64,000 nucleotides of DNA, taken from NCBI GenBank assembly GCA_035084275.1, contig CM068749.1, positions 18,910,001 to 18,974,000 of the forward strand. Direction: 5' to 3'. The notes under the pieces were generated by a model, which did no database searches, had not been told where the DNA came from, and saw only the letters and a list, made by a program, of their open reading frames with translations. Below are positions 24,541 to 36,500 of the stretch, piece after piece. Source of the DNA: Hydrolagus colliei. Lineage: Eukaryota. Within the stretch, counting starts at the first letter, position 1. Every line of letters begins with the position of its first letter. The translations under genes were made by a program, and so were the position numbers.

Positions 24541-27500
24541 ACAGCAGTAAAGTGAAACCTAACTGGAAAGTTTTAGCACATTTCTATTCTGCGGAGTGCA
24601 TAGCACAGGACTAACCAGAATTGAGCTCAGATCTAAACCTGATTCAGAGAGGCTACAACAATGATTTGGGTGAATTCCTTTACATAGGCAGTGCTTGGGA
24701 TGGGTGGGGGGGCTGGGTGGCGAGTTACAGAACTTTGCACACATGCATTTAAAACTCACACACAGAGAATGACATGGTCACCTGAACCCTTAATATCTAA
24801 CGACTGAACAGAATTTAAAGGAAAGTCTGATTTTATCTGAAACATTTGGAAACAATATGGTGTTGCAGGAGAGCAATCTCACAACATACTGAACAAAACA
24901 AAAGCAAATTAATGTCAGTTTTAATTTCCATACCTCTTGTGATATTGGCGATGCCTCATTCAGAAGTTGCATCCAAAAATGTAAGTCTATTCCAGATGAT
25001 CTTCTGTCCAGCACTTTTGGAAGCTAAAACGATGTAATGTACAAATTGACTTGCATATTGAAAGTGATTCCATTTGCCCTACACTAATTAATCCTTAGTT
25101 TTACTTTGTCTTCTTCTTCAGAAGAACTTTTACTTGATGGACATTTACTCTGCTTCTATGCATTTGAAACTAGACACTAAAATGCGATATAATAATAATT
25201 CTTGCAATTGATACAGCGCTTTTTATGTCTTCCAGACGTCTTAAAGTGCTTCATAGAATATACTATGTGAATAAGTCAATTAAAGTGAATCGACTGTATA
25301 TTTGTGGGCAAAACGAGGCAGCCAATTGCGCACAGCAGTGACCCACAAACAGTCGTGGATTGAAATTACCAATTTATTATTATTTTAATAATGTTTTAAT
25401 ACCACGCAGCCAGCGAGGGCAAGAGTAGAACAATAACTTCTGATGTGATGTATCGTCCTGCCCTTTGATTTATAGTAATCCTCTCGGTCTCTCACTTTAA
25501 TTAGATAGTTGTTGGATGACACTATGTTTTGGAGCTTAAGCTGCTGCTTCACCTGATGATAAACTGTACAACATTGGTTTCTATCAAAAACTCCAGCGCT
25601 CCTGGACGCTACCCCGTGAGAAGAACGCAAAATAAATGTTAGTTGTCATTATTATTGATCTCAGCCATGACCTATTACACTACTGGAAAGTGCCTGGTAC
25701 ATGCTGTCATCTCTATCAGTAAATCACTATCTCCTTTTCTCTTTTTAATTCGATCATGACCTCTGTCCTCACTGTAGTTTGATCTCGATCAACTCTCTTT
25801 CTAAGAAGATCATTGCCACTCGATCTGCTTTGCTCCTTAATGTGATCATTGCTGCTGTCCTGATCTTTGATTTCACTACTGGCCTCGTTTCTCACTTCTC
25901 TTTAATTCGAACACTGGTTCAGACTTCCTTCCCTTCAATTTCATCACTTCACTGTCTGTCTCTCTTATTCGATCACTGGCCTTGGTTCACTTTCTAATTC
26001 AATCACTTGCTCTAGCTCTCACTCTCTATCATTTAATCACTGGCTTCAACTTCCTTCTCTCTAGTTTGGTCACTGGTTCTATCATTCTCTTTCTAATTTC
26101 TTCACTGGCCCCATCTCTCTCTCACTCTATCTCTCTCTCTCTAATTTAATAAACATCTCTGTATCTCACTCTCTGTCTTTCTCTCTCTCTATAATTCGAT
26201 GAGTGGTCCAAATCTCTCACTCTCTCTTTAATTTGATTGCTGCTAGCCCTTTCAAGTAGATCATTACTATCTCTTTTCCATTTGATTGCTGTCACCATCT
26301 CTCTCTGTATAATTCTATTGCTGCTGCTTCTCCCTTTAATTTGACCATTGTTTTCAATTAGACCGTGAAGGGCCGTCTGAATGGAATTTCTAATTTCGTG
26401 CTGAATTCTGCACAGTTTTGCGGACTTGCAGCCAGCAGAATGTACATTGAGATTGGCCAAACTAACTTCAAATGGGACCTTTTCAGCCAGTGAGAGAGAG
26501 AGAGAGGAGCCTTTCATTCCATCGGTCTGGTCCGGATTCAAACACAGGTCCAGTCATGAAAGCACATTGTGCAAGTCTCTTGTGACATCCTTTCTCCTAT
26601 TGCCGTCTGTCCATAATTTGGATTGCTGGCCCTTTCTAATCAGACCTTGTTCCCTTTTGACGCCAATTTTTTCTCTCTCCTTTCGTGAAGCGATTTTGAG
26701 TTTCTTTTGTCCCCCCCACCCCACTGCTCCAACTTTCCACCAGAGTAGAGTAAAGTTCCAAGGATGCCAATGATTCATGTGTGAGCTTTCACAGTGGGTG
26801 CTGGCAATCTATTTGGTTGCAGTCAGGGTGGGGGCATTGCATGTGAACAAGTTCTTACTCAAATCTCTACAAACAAATACTTTGTTAGAAGGGTCTGTGG
26901 ATGGTGAGCAAGAACTTTGATTGATTTGGCCTTCTCTAGTTCAGGAGCACTGATGTCATTGTAACATCCTCAACTGTTGCCCATCTGTGATTAACTAGCT
27001 TAACACTGACCAAGATCCCGGTTTGCCCACTTTCTGGTCTGCGTGGACTGAGTGCTGAACCGCAGAGGCGTATTTGGGACACATCCATCTCTCAACTGTA
27101 ACCAAATGTACCTTTTACCGATCTGCAGAAACTCTGAGACTAGAATTAAACAGTGTCAGGGAGAGTTGCTGTAATGATAACACCTCATATTGTAGCAATT
27201 TGGGACTCGCTCCTACCGATTTCACGTTTCAAATCCCAACACTGTAGCCTGTGTACGCACACGGTAGATGGCATTAATAATAAAGCCGTGACAGCTTTTT
27301 GAAACCTATGTTTGATGACTTGAACCCAAGCAATGATACTCAAAATTCCTTTCATTTTAGTGGAGTTGTCCCATTTACACAGTACAGTGTGAGTGGTGTA
27401 ACTACGGCAGTAATGCCACTTACACTACGTTTTGTTGCCACATTACTGTTAATAATGTTAACATGTGATGCCTGGTAACTTGTGTGAGTGTAGAGGATGC

Positions 27501-30500
27501 AAAACACCATTGGATCTTTACACCTATCTTTACACCAGAGTTGAATAGTGGACATGCGGGAATGGGAGAGTATTCTGTAGTTTTGCTTGGCTACCTTTGG
27601 GGTTTGTGGAGTACTTCGGAGCAGAACTGTCCTTTAGTAGTTGGAATTGCACAATAACAACTTGAGCCCTTCAGGTAGGACAACAGATCAGGGTGCTTTA
27701 AAGTCCACAATAGGGTAGGCTTTGTCTGTTCAAGGAGCAGACTTTCATAAGCTTTTTTAAAAAAAATAAGCATTCTTATAGCATGTACATTGTAAACTAA
27801 CCAACATTACTTGCGTCAAATGCAGTATCTTCAGCCTAGAGTTCAGATAATGCCAACTGAGAGAGCAGAATAGTGTCCAATTACTACTCATAGTAACTCT
27901 TGACAAGGATTGCAGTCACCAGGACCAATGGTGTGCACAAGCATTTAATCAAACCGTCACTTGGCAAATCTCTTGGAGATAATAAATGGATAAAGATCTT
28001 TGCGATGGGACCTACCATATTGAAAAGTTTGAAGAAATCCACATTGTCGTAAAACTTGTCCTCTACTCTCTGAAGCCGTTGTTGAGACAGAACACACATT
28101 CCATTCAGAACAGTGTGCAGACCTCGCCAATTCGAGAAAATGATGAAACGATCCAAAAGCTTCTGGCTGCAAGCTATGTCTTTCAGGGCTAAATCTGGAA
28201 CTCCGTAAGCAAACTGTGAACACAGCAAAACAAGAGAATTTTACACAAGCATATTACGTCCATAACACTTATTTACCTCATCCACAGCACTCATCTATTT
28301 TACTCATCTCTGAATAAAACAAATTATTCCAGCCTCCAGTCCCTTAGCTGGTGGAGTTTTTGTAGTGAAAGAAAACTGGTTGTGAAATTTATTAAGCTCC
28401 CCAATCGAAAATGGCAAATACAGTACACTAATTGTTAACCAAGTGACTTATATCGGAAACTTGTTCATGTGTATAAAGCCCAGTCAGAGAATCAAGGTTA
28501 AATTGCAAATATTAACAGTGTATCTGCAATTTTCCCTCGTTAAAGACCCAGAATGTCACAGTATCTGCTAATCAAAGGAAAACACATAATTGTGTTGCTG
28601 GGTACTTACTGATAAATTAAACTTCAACAAATATTTTAAGAACAATTACAGAAACTCATTTACCTTTACTCATTAACTGGATAATTGATTCCTGATGTGT
28701 CAGTAAAAGATTATTGTCAAAAGATTTCTTTCAGTGAACTGGTGAAGTGTTTCATGTTAGCAAGGTGGGTTAACAACACAAGTAAAGGCTAACTTTAATG
28801 ATGATTAGAGTTTTATTCAATTTGCCAGATTAGCAGAAGGATTTTGTAAATAGGGAGCCTCAATATATCAGCACTGAACCTCTAGGAGTCACTCGCACAC
28901 TGACTTCGTGCAAGTCAGAAGCTGACATCAGTGTTTGAGTGGAGTTCCCAGATGTTGGCCAGAACATATCTGGGATTCGCTATTTACAAATCCTTTTTAT
29001 CAACGCAGTGAAGCAAAACGATTTTGTTAATTCAGTGGCAGCGCAAGGCAGTTCAGCCCCAACAAACAACAGAAATACTTGGTTGGTTGAATACCCTAGC
29101 AGCTATCCTCAGCTCCCAGCAAGCCTGCTGATCTGCTGGTGGGCCTCAAGCTCAAGATCTCTCTCAAAATCTTTAATGTTGGTTTGAGTCTCCTTGTAAC
29201 CGAGTCACCTGAAGTGTGTGCCATGACTCAGGCCTGAGTGTAAATCTACACAGTCTCAATAATACAGTGTGTAAAACAAACAGGTGCAGCCAAAGTCAAC
29301 CAAGACAAGGGGAGGAGTATCATCTTGAGGATTCGAAGCTGCTGCTAATAATAATAATCCTTGCTTTTGATATAGCGCATTTCATGTCTTCTAGACGTCT
29401 CAAAGCGCTTCACAGAATATACTGTAAAGTGAATTGACTGTATATTTGTCGGCAAAACGCGGCAGCCAATTGCGCACAGCCGTGTCCCACAAACAGAAGT
29501 GGATTGAAAAGACCAAATTATTATTGGTTTCTTTTCAAGGGATTATTATCAGGCGTGTGGAGTAAAAAAAACAAGCTTGCCCGTCCTGGAATCGAATCCA
29601 GGTCTCTCGCTTGCAAGGCTGAGCTATAGGGTTCCACTGATGGATGCTGGCAGCACAGAAAGACTGGTAGGAATTGGACTGGGTACCAATGAAAAATCAG
29701 AGATTCTGACAACCCAAACTCGTATCACAGCAACCTTGGCTTATTCGTGTAAACATAGATCTGGTCCAAATTTGGACAATTTATGGTTCGGGCATCTTTA
29801 ACTTTGTGAAAAGTTAATATTTTACTGGGTTGAGAGTCGCAGAACTAACATAAAAGCTTGTTTTCCCAAAAAAAATTATACTCAAGAAATATTAGCAAAA
29901 GAAATATTAAATTCCTAAGAGCTTAATGAGGGAGGAGGCCAAATGTGTGTGTGTTACCATGTAATCAACACCCACCCACCCCCATCTGTATAATCTCTGG
30001 CTCCACTATGTTCTTTGGCAGTGGGAGTGGGTGATAGGTACTGACTAGTCCCTAGTGATCTATTCCTTTGGAATGCCTGGATTTTTGGAGGCTGACTATT
30101 GAAGCTAAAAGTTTAAAAATTCAGAGCCGTTATCCCCAACTCCTTTCAGTACATCTCTCAGAGACATCATCAGCAAGCTTGCCTTGCTAAAGTCTGGCCA
30201 AACCCTTAGTCGACGTGCACATTAACATTGACAAGTCAGGTGCAGTGCCTCTGATTCATATACGACTGGTGGGGCGAAACAAATACACAATAGATGAATA
30301 ATTTGAATTTTTACAGTGGCTATAACATCAACGTTACTCAAAGTTCTTCACAGGAAATAGCATTATGTTTTCTCTAAAGAGAACTTAGTAGCCAAATTCC
30401 CACAAACAACTCAACTGTTAGTCATTCAAGTTGTTTCACCAAAGAGTTTATTGGAGGGGGGAAAACATAGCTCTGCATCAACACACTCCTCCACCCATTG

Positions 30501-33500
30501 CTGCAGCGTTGGTGACTCAAACACTGAAGTCAACTTTTTACCAACTGAGAAAGGCAGATGCAGCCTTGAGCAATTTATCGATTGAAAGAAATCTAAAAGC
30601 AGGCAGTTTCACACTGTCACTGAGACAGTCAATATGGTGAACCACAAAATAAAGCAAGTCCACCCCCTTTAAGACAAATTCACCTTTGACGATGTTGCCC
30701 ATGTCAGCAATGTAATAACTGACCTTTGGCTCTAGCTCCAAAGCCAAAGTTTAAAGGAATGCATTTGGTCAGAGGGTAGCTTACAGATACATTAATGGCC
30801 TTTGACCCGAGTTGTATCATAAGACAAGCCAACATTACTGGCTTGTCATTTTTATGTGCCCGGCTATGATTGTATATTCTTGCGTGTGACAACTTTAACT
30901 TTGGCTAGGTTTTTAAAACATTTTTATTTATTCATCAGTGAATAACGTGCTTTGTGCCAGTGCCTGTAAAACAGAAAATGACAGCAATAGCCACAAAGTC
31001 AATCATTCACTGGCAACCATAAATCCTCTGACATTCCAGCAGAGATGTACGAACACATGAAGTACACTGTACAGTCTGTTTGATAGGTTAAGCTACTGTT
31101 CCGCGGGTTAGCCATGTATCATATTAATACATTCTGTCCAGGGAATCAGGCTGTGAGAATTCTCAGTTGTTGTTTAGAAACTGCTTGGCTTGAAGCTTCT
31201 AACGAAGGTTAAATTGGTGAGGTCTGCGCAATTCTGAATCAAAGCATACGTGGATGTTTTCTAATTATTTGATCTATTTGCATATGAAAAGATCCTTTCT
31301 CACTCTGTACAGAGTTTTCAGGATTGTGTTGCTATCCCAGCTGTATCAGTCCTTCCCACACGAGTACATTCCATCCGCAAAACAGACGACGAAAAAGTCT
31401 TGGGGGCCACTAACCAGTAGCAAAAGGACATTATGATGCAGATTGGAATTATCTCAGCACTTAGACATTCAATGGGAAACAGTACAGGGGGGCCTTTGCT
31501 GCTAGGTATGATAGAAAATCCAGTAGAAAGTACATTCTGATTGATTTTTTTTCAAAGAAATACTAACACTGACATTTTTGGTTGTTTTATGTGAGGCTAT
31601 GAGTTCCTGTATGGCCAGGTGACTTATGTGTTCCTAGATCTCCACGGTGTTACGCTTAATGGGCCCTGAGTTTGCCTGTGGTTATTGTTCGTCGGTGTCT
31701 CTGCCAATTTGGCGAAACAGAGACCCAAACGTACAGGAAAAGATAAACCTAACCCCAAAGTTGGTACGTTTTGTTAAGCAGTGGATGAATGAACAGCAAA
31801 AGGGATTGGATTCAGGGGATCAGGGACAAAAGAAGATAGCTACATCACATGTGCGCGGTTCAGTCCGTCATGTCTGCAGACATTTCCGCAATGAAATACA
31901 TTTGCCTGGGTAGTAGTACACACCTGCTCAGCCCGTACTTGAGCGTGGATCAGCTGATAAACGACCGAACCCGAGAGCTCGATATCCCTGAGTAGAAATC
32001 CAGTCAGGGTTTCATCTTCCTTGAGAATATCTTTGATTCGAATGCCTCGCCCTAAAAGAATAAGAGAGGAGCTACGTGAAAGCAGAACGCCAGCCAGAAC
32101 AGTCCTCTCAAAACCACTGACTTTAGATATTCTTTACTCTCATTTAGGTTGGTTACAGTGGGCATTGTCGGAATCTCAAGTATTCAGACTCACTGAACAC
32201 AGCCTTTAGTTGTCACAAACACTGGGTTGTGAGCGCTGAATGCCAATGTATGGTACAGTATTTTTAAATGTAGAGCCTAAATTTTCAGGATCAGTGTAAT
32301 CCATTGCATGGTACAATGAGTCAAAGTACCATGATAGTCTATTGCAAAAATTGAGAAAGAGTTGAAGGATTCATATCTGGAGATCAAGATTGGAGTACTG
32401 TTAACCACTAAGTTATTAGTGCTGGTTCAAGGCTAATGACAAGACAAAGTCCTTCACTCTTTGAGAATGGTTGGTAACCTACAATAAAATAGCAAAATCT
32501 AGTTAATTCTTACCTGCATATTTTCTTGGATTGCTTCTGAGTGAATTCATTAATTCCGCTAAATAATACACATCCGCCCAGATCTTTTGCAACTTATGGA
32601 TCTTAGGTTCATCAAACAACAACTCCTGAGCGTCTGTGTAAACTCGTGCCAATCTAAAAAGAGGCACAGGCACATGAAGGAATCATCCAAAACAATTGGC
32701 ATTGCCTGCACATCTGGATAATTTACATTCAATGCTCTAGAAACGTTTTAATTTTGCTAAATATTCAATATTTTGATGAAGGAAACACAAACAGTCTAGG
32801 ATATCTATTGAAATATTCAATACTACTTTTAATCCTCACATTGGCATTACTCCCTATATGCCTCATGTTTAAATGTTAGTATTATTAGATATTTAGTGGT
32901 ATTTTATTTTCATTCTTATTATTCAATGAATCTCATTGGTTTAATCATCAAAAATCAGAGTAGAATCAAAAATGACAAATGAACGCAATGAAAAGACAGC
33001 CAGCGAGAAACAAGTAAAAATTTATAAGGGAGAAAGAATTCTAGAAGTATTGAAATTTGTTTTGTTTTTTAAATCACAGCCATATGCATTATTTCTACAA
33101 TTACATTTTATATTGAATTTAATGTAGACTGGAAGAGTAATATACTTCCATTTCATTATTTAAGTCTTATAAGTGCTTGGTTGATGTTTGCATTAATGTG
33201 AAAATTACTATAATATAAAATAATAATAATAATCCTTGTTCATGTAAAGTGAATTGACTGTATATATTTGTGGGCGAAACGCAGCAGCCAATTGCGCCCA
33301 GCAGTGTCCCACAAACAGTCGTGGATTGAAATAACCAATTGATTAGTTTTTTTGGAGGGATTATTATCAGGCATGTGGAGTCAGGAAACTTGCCCAAGGT
33401 TTCGCCCTGACCTGCCTGGAATCGAACCTAGGTCTCTCATTTGCTAGGCGAGGGCTCTAACCACTGAGCTACAAGACTCCACGAAATCCGTTCTACCCGG

Positions 33501-36500
33501 ATTTTACTGCAGGGTTATTTCGAATGGACTGGAACTCTCTGGTGTAGTTTGCTGCCGCCACACCTCGAGTTATACTTACATGGAGTTTTTGTAGTTGGAA
33601 ACCACACCAGGAGACTCCCCAAGGGTAGGATAGCGGAAGCAGGGGTTGTTCATGTTACAGAAAATTCCCTGTAACCATGGCAACATTCCTGCGGAGGGCA
33701 TCGCTTTATTAGGAAAATGGCCTGAACAGGAGGGGGAAAAAAATACACAGAGACAAGGAACTTTATGGATATACAGCCTCACATCTCTTTTTTTAAACAT
33801 TTAAAAAAATACATATATATTTAAGAAAAAACTTATTTTGCGTTCTTTAGAAAGAAGAATATACATTTCAAAGAAAGGCTCTCTGTTTCGCTTTGCTTCT
33901 GACCACAACTAATACTTCAGTAAAATGATGTATCCTTGGAACTGAGTCAACTATGCAGTTTTGAACACCAGAAAGGTCTCTCCTGCTGCACCATTGATGC
34001 TGCCATTCACTGCTCCCGAAATCCGTGCCTCTTTGAAAAGAGATTGATGAATTAGGGCAGCTGGTGTGGAGCAGTCATTCTTCTTCAGATCAAATAGGCT
34101 GAGACTCTGCTAACATTATCCATATGCAATGTGTACAGCAGTATGAAGGGAATCTTCGCTACCTATCTGAGGCTTAATTTCAAGTTATGCTGCATTTCCA
34201 ATTTCAAAAGCAACGGCCTAAAAAAGCATATTTCTTTTACACGCTCAGTGCCATTTACCTTGAGTTAAAGATTATAAAACACAGTACTTTTTACAGCCAA
34301 CGCAATAGCTAAGGTTACTTACACTCATGCTGTTGGTAGAGTGGATTTGCTCTCCGCAGCCAAACCAAAACCAGGAAAAGAGAGAGAGGCCATACAAGTT
34401 CCACAAGGAGACGGAGCTGGTAAATGTTAATGAAATACATGGGAATATATGAATCATCGAGCTAAAAAACAGCAGATTTATCACTTGTACCTGAAATAAA
34501 CAATTTATTTATCTTTAAATTCCATTCCAGCAGTCAAACCCATTTCCCTCTCTAGTCCCTCACAACAATAAAATATAATGTTAATCACCTCATCTTGCAC
34601 ACAGTACAGTAGTACCTTATCACCTCATCAAAACATTTCAAAGCACGTAACAGGAAGTATTGTGAAGTGTAGTGACTGTATTTGTGGTTGAACACAGAGT
34701 CAATTTACTTATTGCAACATCCCGTGATCAGTGAATGGCTGATATAATGTTGTTTACTATTGCTTGTGAACCATAACAAGGATTTGCTATAATTGCTTAG
34801 GACAGCGGAAATGCTGCTGTGTGCTAATTACAATTCTGCTTGTTTTACTAAATATTCCTAATCTCTGTGTTTATAATTAACATACGTAGCCTTAATTTCA
34901 TCACATATAGCGTAATGTTATTTGGACATTAGAGCTGCATTAAGGTTACTTACAAGAGCCCGAAGGAAGGAGCAGAAGCGTGCTTTTACCACCTTTACAC
35001 AGCGCTTCACAGAATGTACTGTAAAATCAATTAACCATATATTTTGTGAGCGAATCCTACCCTAATGTGGCCCAATCAATGTGACCAATCCGTCTGTGAA
35101 GCATGGCTTCCTTCATCTTCTCTCTTTTTAAAGTCACAACATAAGTTGTCAAAATACTCAAACACTCATCTCTAAAAACCTTCTGGTTTCTGAAATAGTG
35201 ATCAAAATGATTATGACTGGCTGTATGCTACTGGCACACTCATCAGAAGTCACCCTGGCTCAGCAGTAGCCCCCTCACCTCTGCGTCAGAAGATTGTGGG
35301 TTATCAATTTACCTAGAGCAAATACGAAACCTAAATCACATTAACTGCCTTACTTGACTTAGGTAAAGCTTCTGATTGAATTGAACACCTTCTATGTCAA
35401 ACCCAGTCCATATTGGTTTAACTGTACTTAACAGTAGTGAAGCAAATATTTAACTGGTAGAAGATACGTCATCAAACATGGTTTTCTTGTTTACAGGTTT
35501 ACAGTGAAACACTGAGTTTCTTGAATGCTTGGAGGGCTTTAGTTCGCGAGTCCAACTATTGGCAATTAAATGCTCAAGATTTTGTTATAATGTTGTATGT
35601 AGAGCTAAGCCTTCGGAGAGGGAAACTTCAGTTCTTGGAAAGCAAAAAAAGCTCTATTACTAACAAAGGCTCTCCCACATGCTCCACCGTGTCAATAAAG
35701 TTAATTTAATTGGAGTTCAGGTACAGCTGAAAGGCGGCCCAGGCTCAAACAGCTCCTGTTCCTATAATAACTGTCAATCTATGCTCGGAAAAATTCATTA
35801 AAGTGTCGTGCAAGGAAACGCTTCTTTTTCAACCTGTCAATGAAGTCCCAGTGAAGTACTTGGTCTTTAGTAAATTAGATGCACAGCAGCCGAGTTGAGC
35901 CAACAGTGGAAAACCTGGTAAGATGACAACTGAGCCTGGCAGAATTCTACAGCACAGTTGAAGTTCAAAAGCCACAGGACCCTGAATTCAATTACTGGAA
36001 TTGCTCAATATATATGTACAAGTTCTTAAAATACCCAACTCCGTGAGCTCCATGGAAACTGAACAGTCTTAACAGGAATAACCAGCTCATCTACTTTGCA
36101 GTGGGTGGCTGAATTGAGCTGCGTTGCAGGATGATTACGTCGCTAATACAAGAGAAAAGATACTCGAACTTCGGTGAGGTGACAATTTACCATTCAGTCT
36201 GGTGTTAATTTTAATTAGTTCAATACCAGTTTCTGCAAGATTTGATTCAACCTTCTTTTGAAGTCCTAAATTTTGTTAAGGTCACATGGGAATTACAAGC
36301 CAGTGGGAATTATGGCTACGCTTTCAGCCACTGTGCCCCGAGACTCCGGAACGCTTTTCCTCTAGCTCTCCGACTTGTTCCTCCCTTCCTTTCTTCCTTC
36401 CGCATCTTCAGATCGGGCCTGAAGACCTTCCTCTTCTACCGTGCCTACAGTCACCTTCCCCTCCCCCCCGGCTTGGTGTCGTGCTCCGCCACCCTCAAGC

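Noticed and set aside
25720-26350. CRISPR-like repeat-spacer array
   Set aside because: Repeats are degenerate, spacers are low-complexity and similar to each other, there are no cas genes, and the context is a vertebrate intron.
30121-30178. Second hammerhead-like CUGAUGA...GAAA on the minus strand
   Set aside because: Stem II does not close against GAAA and there is no credible stem I or III; likely chance.
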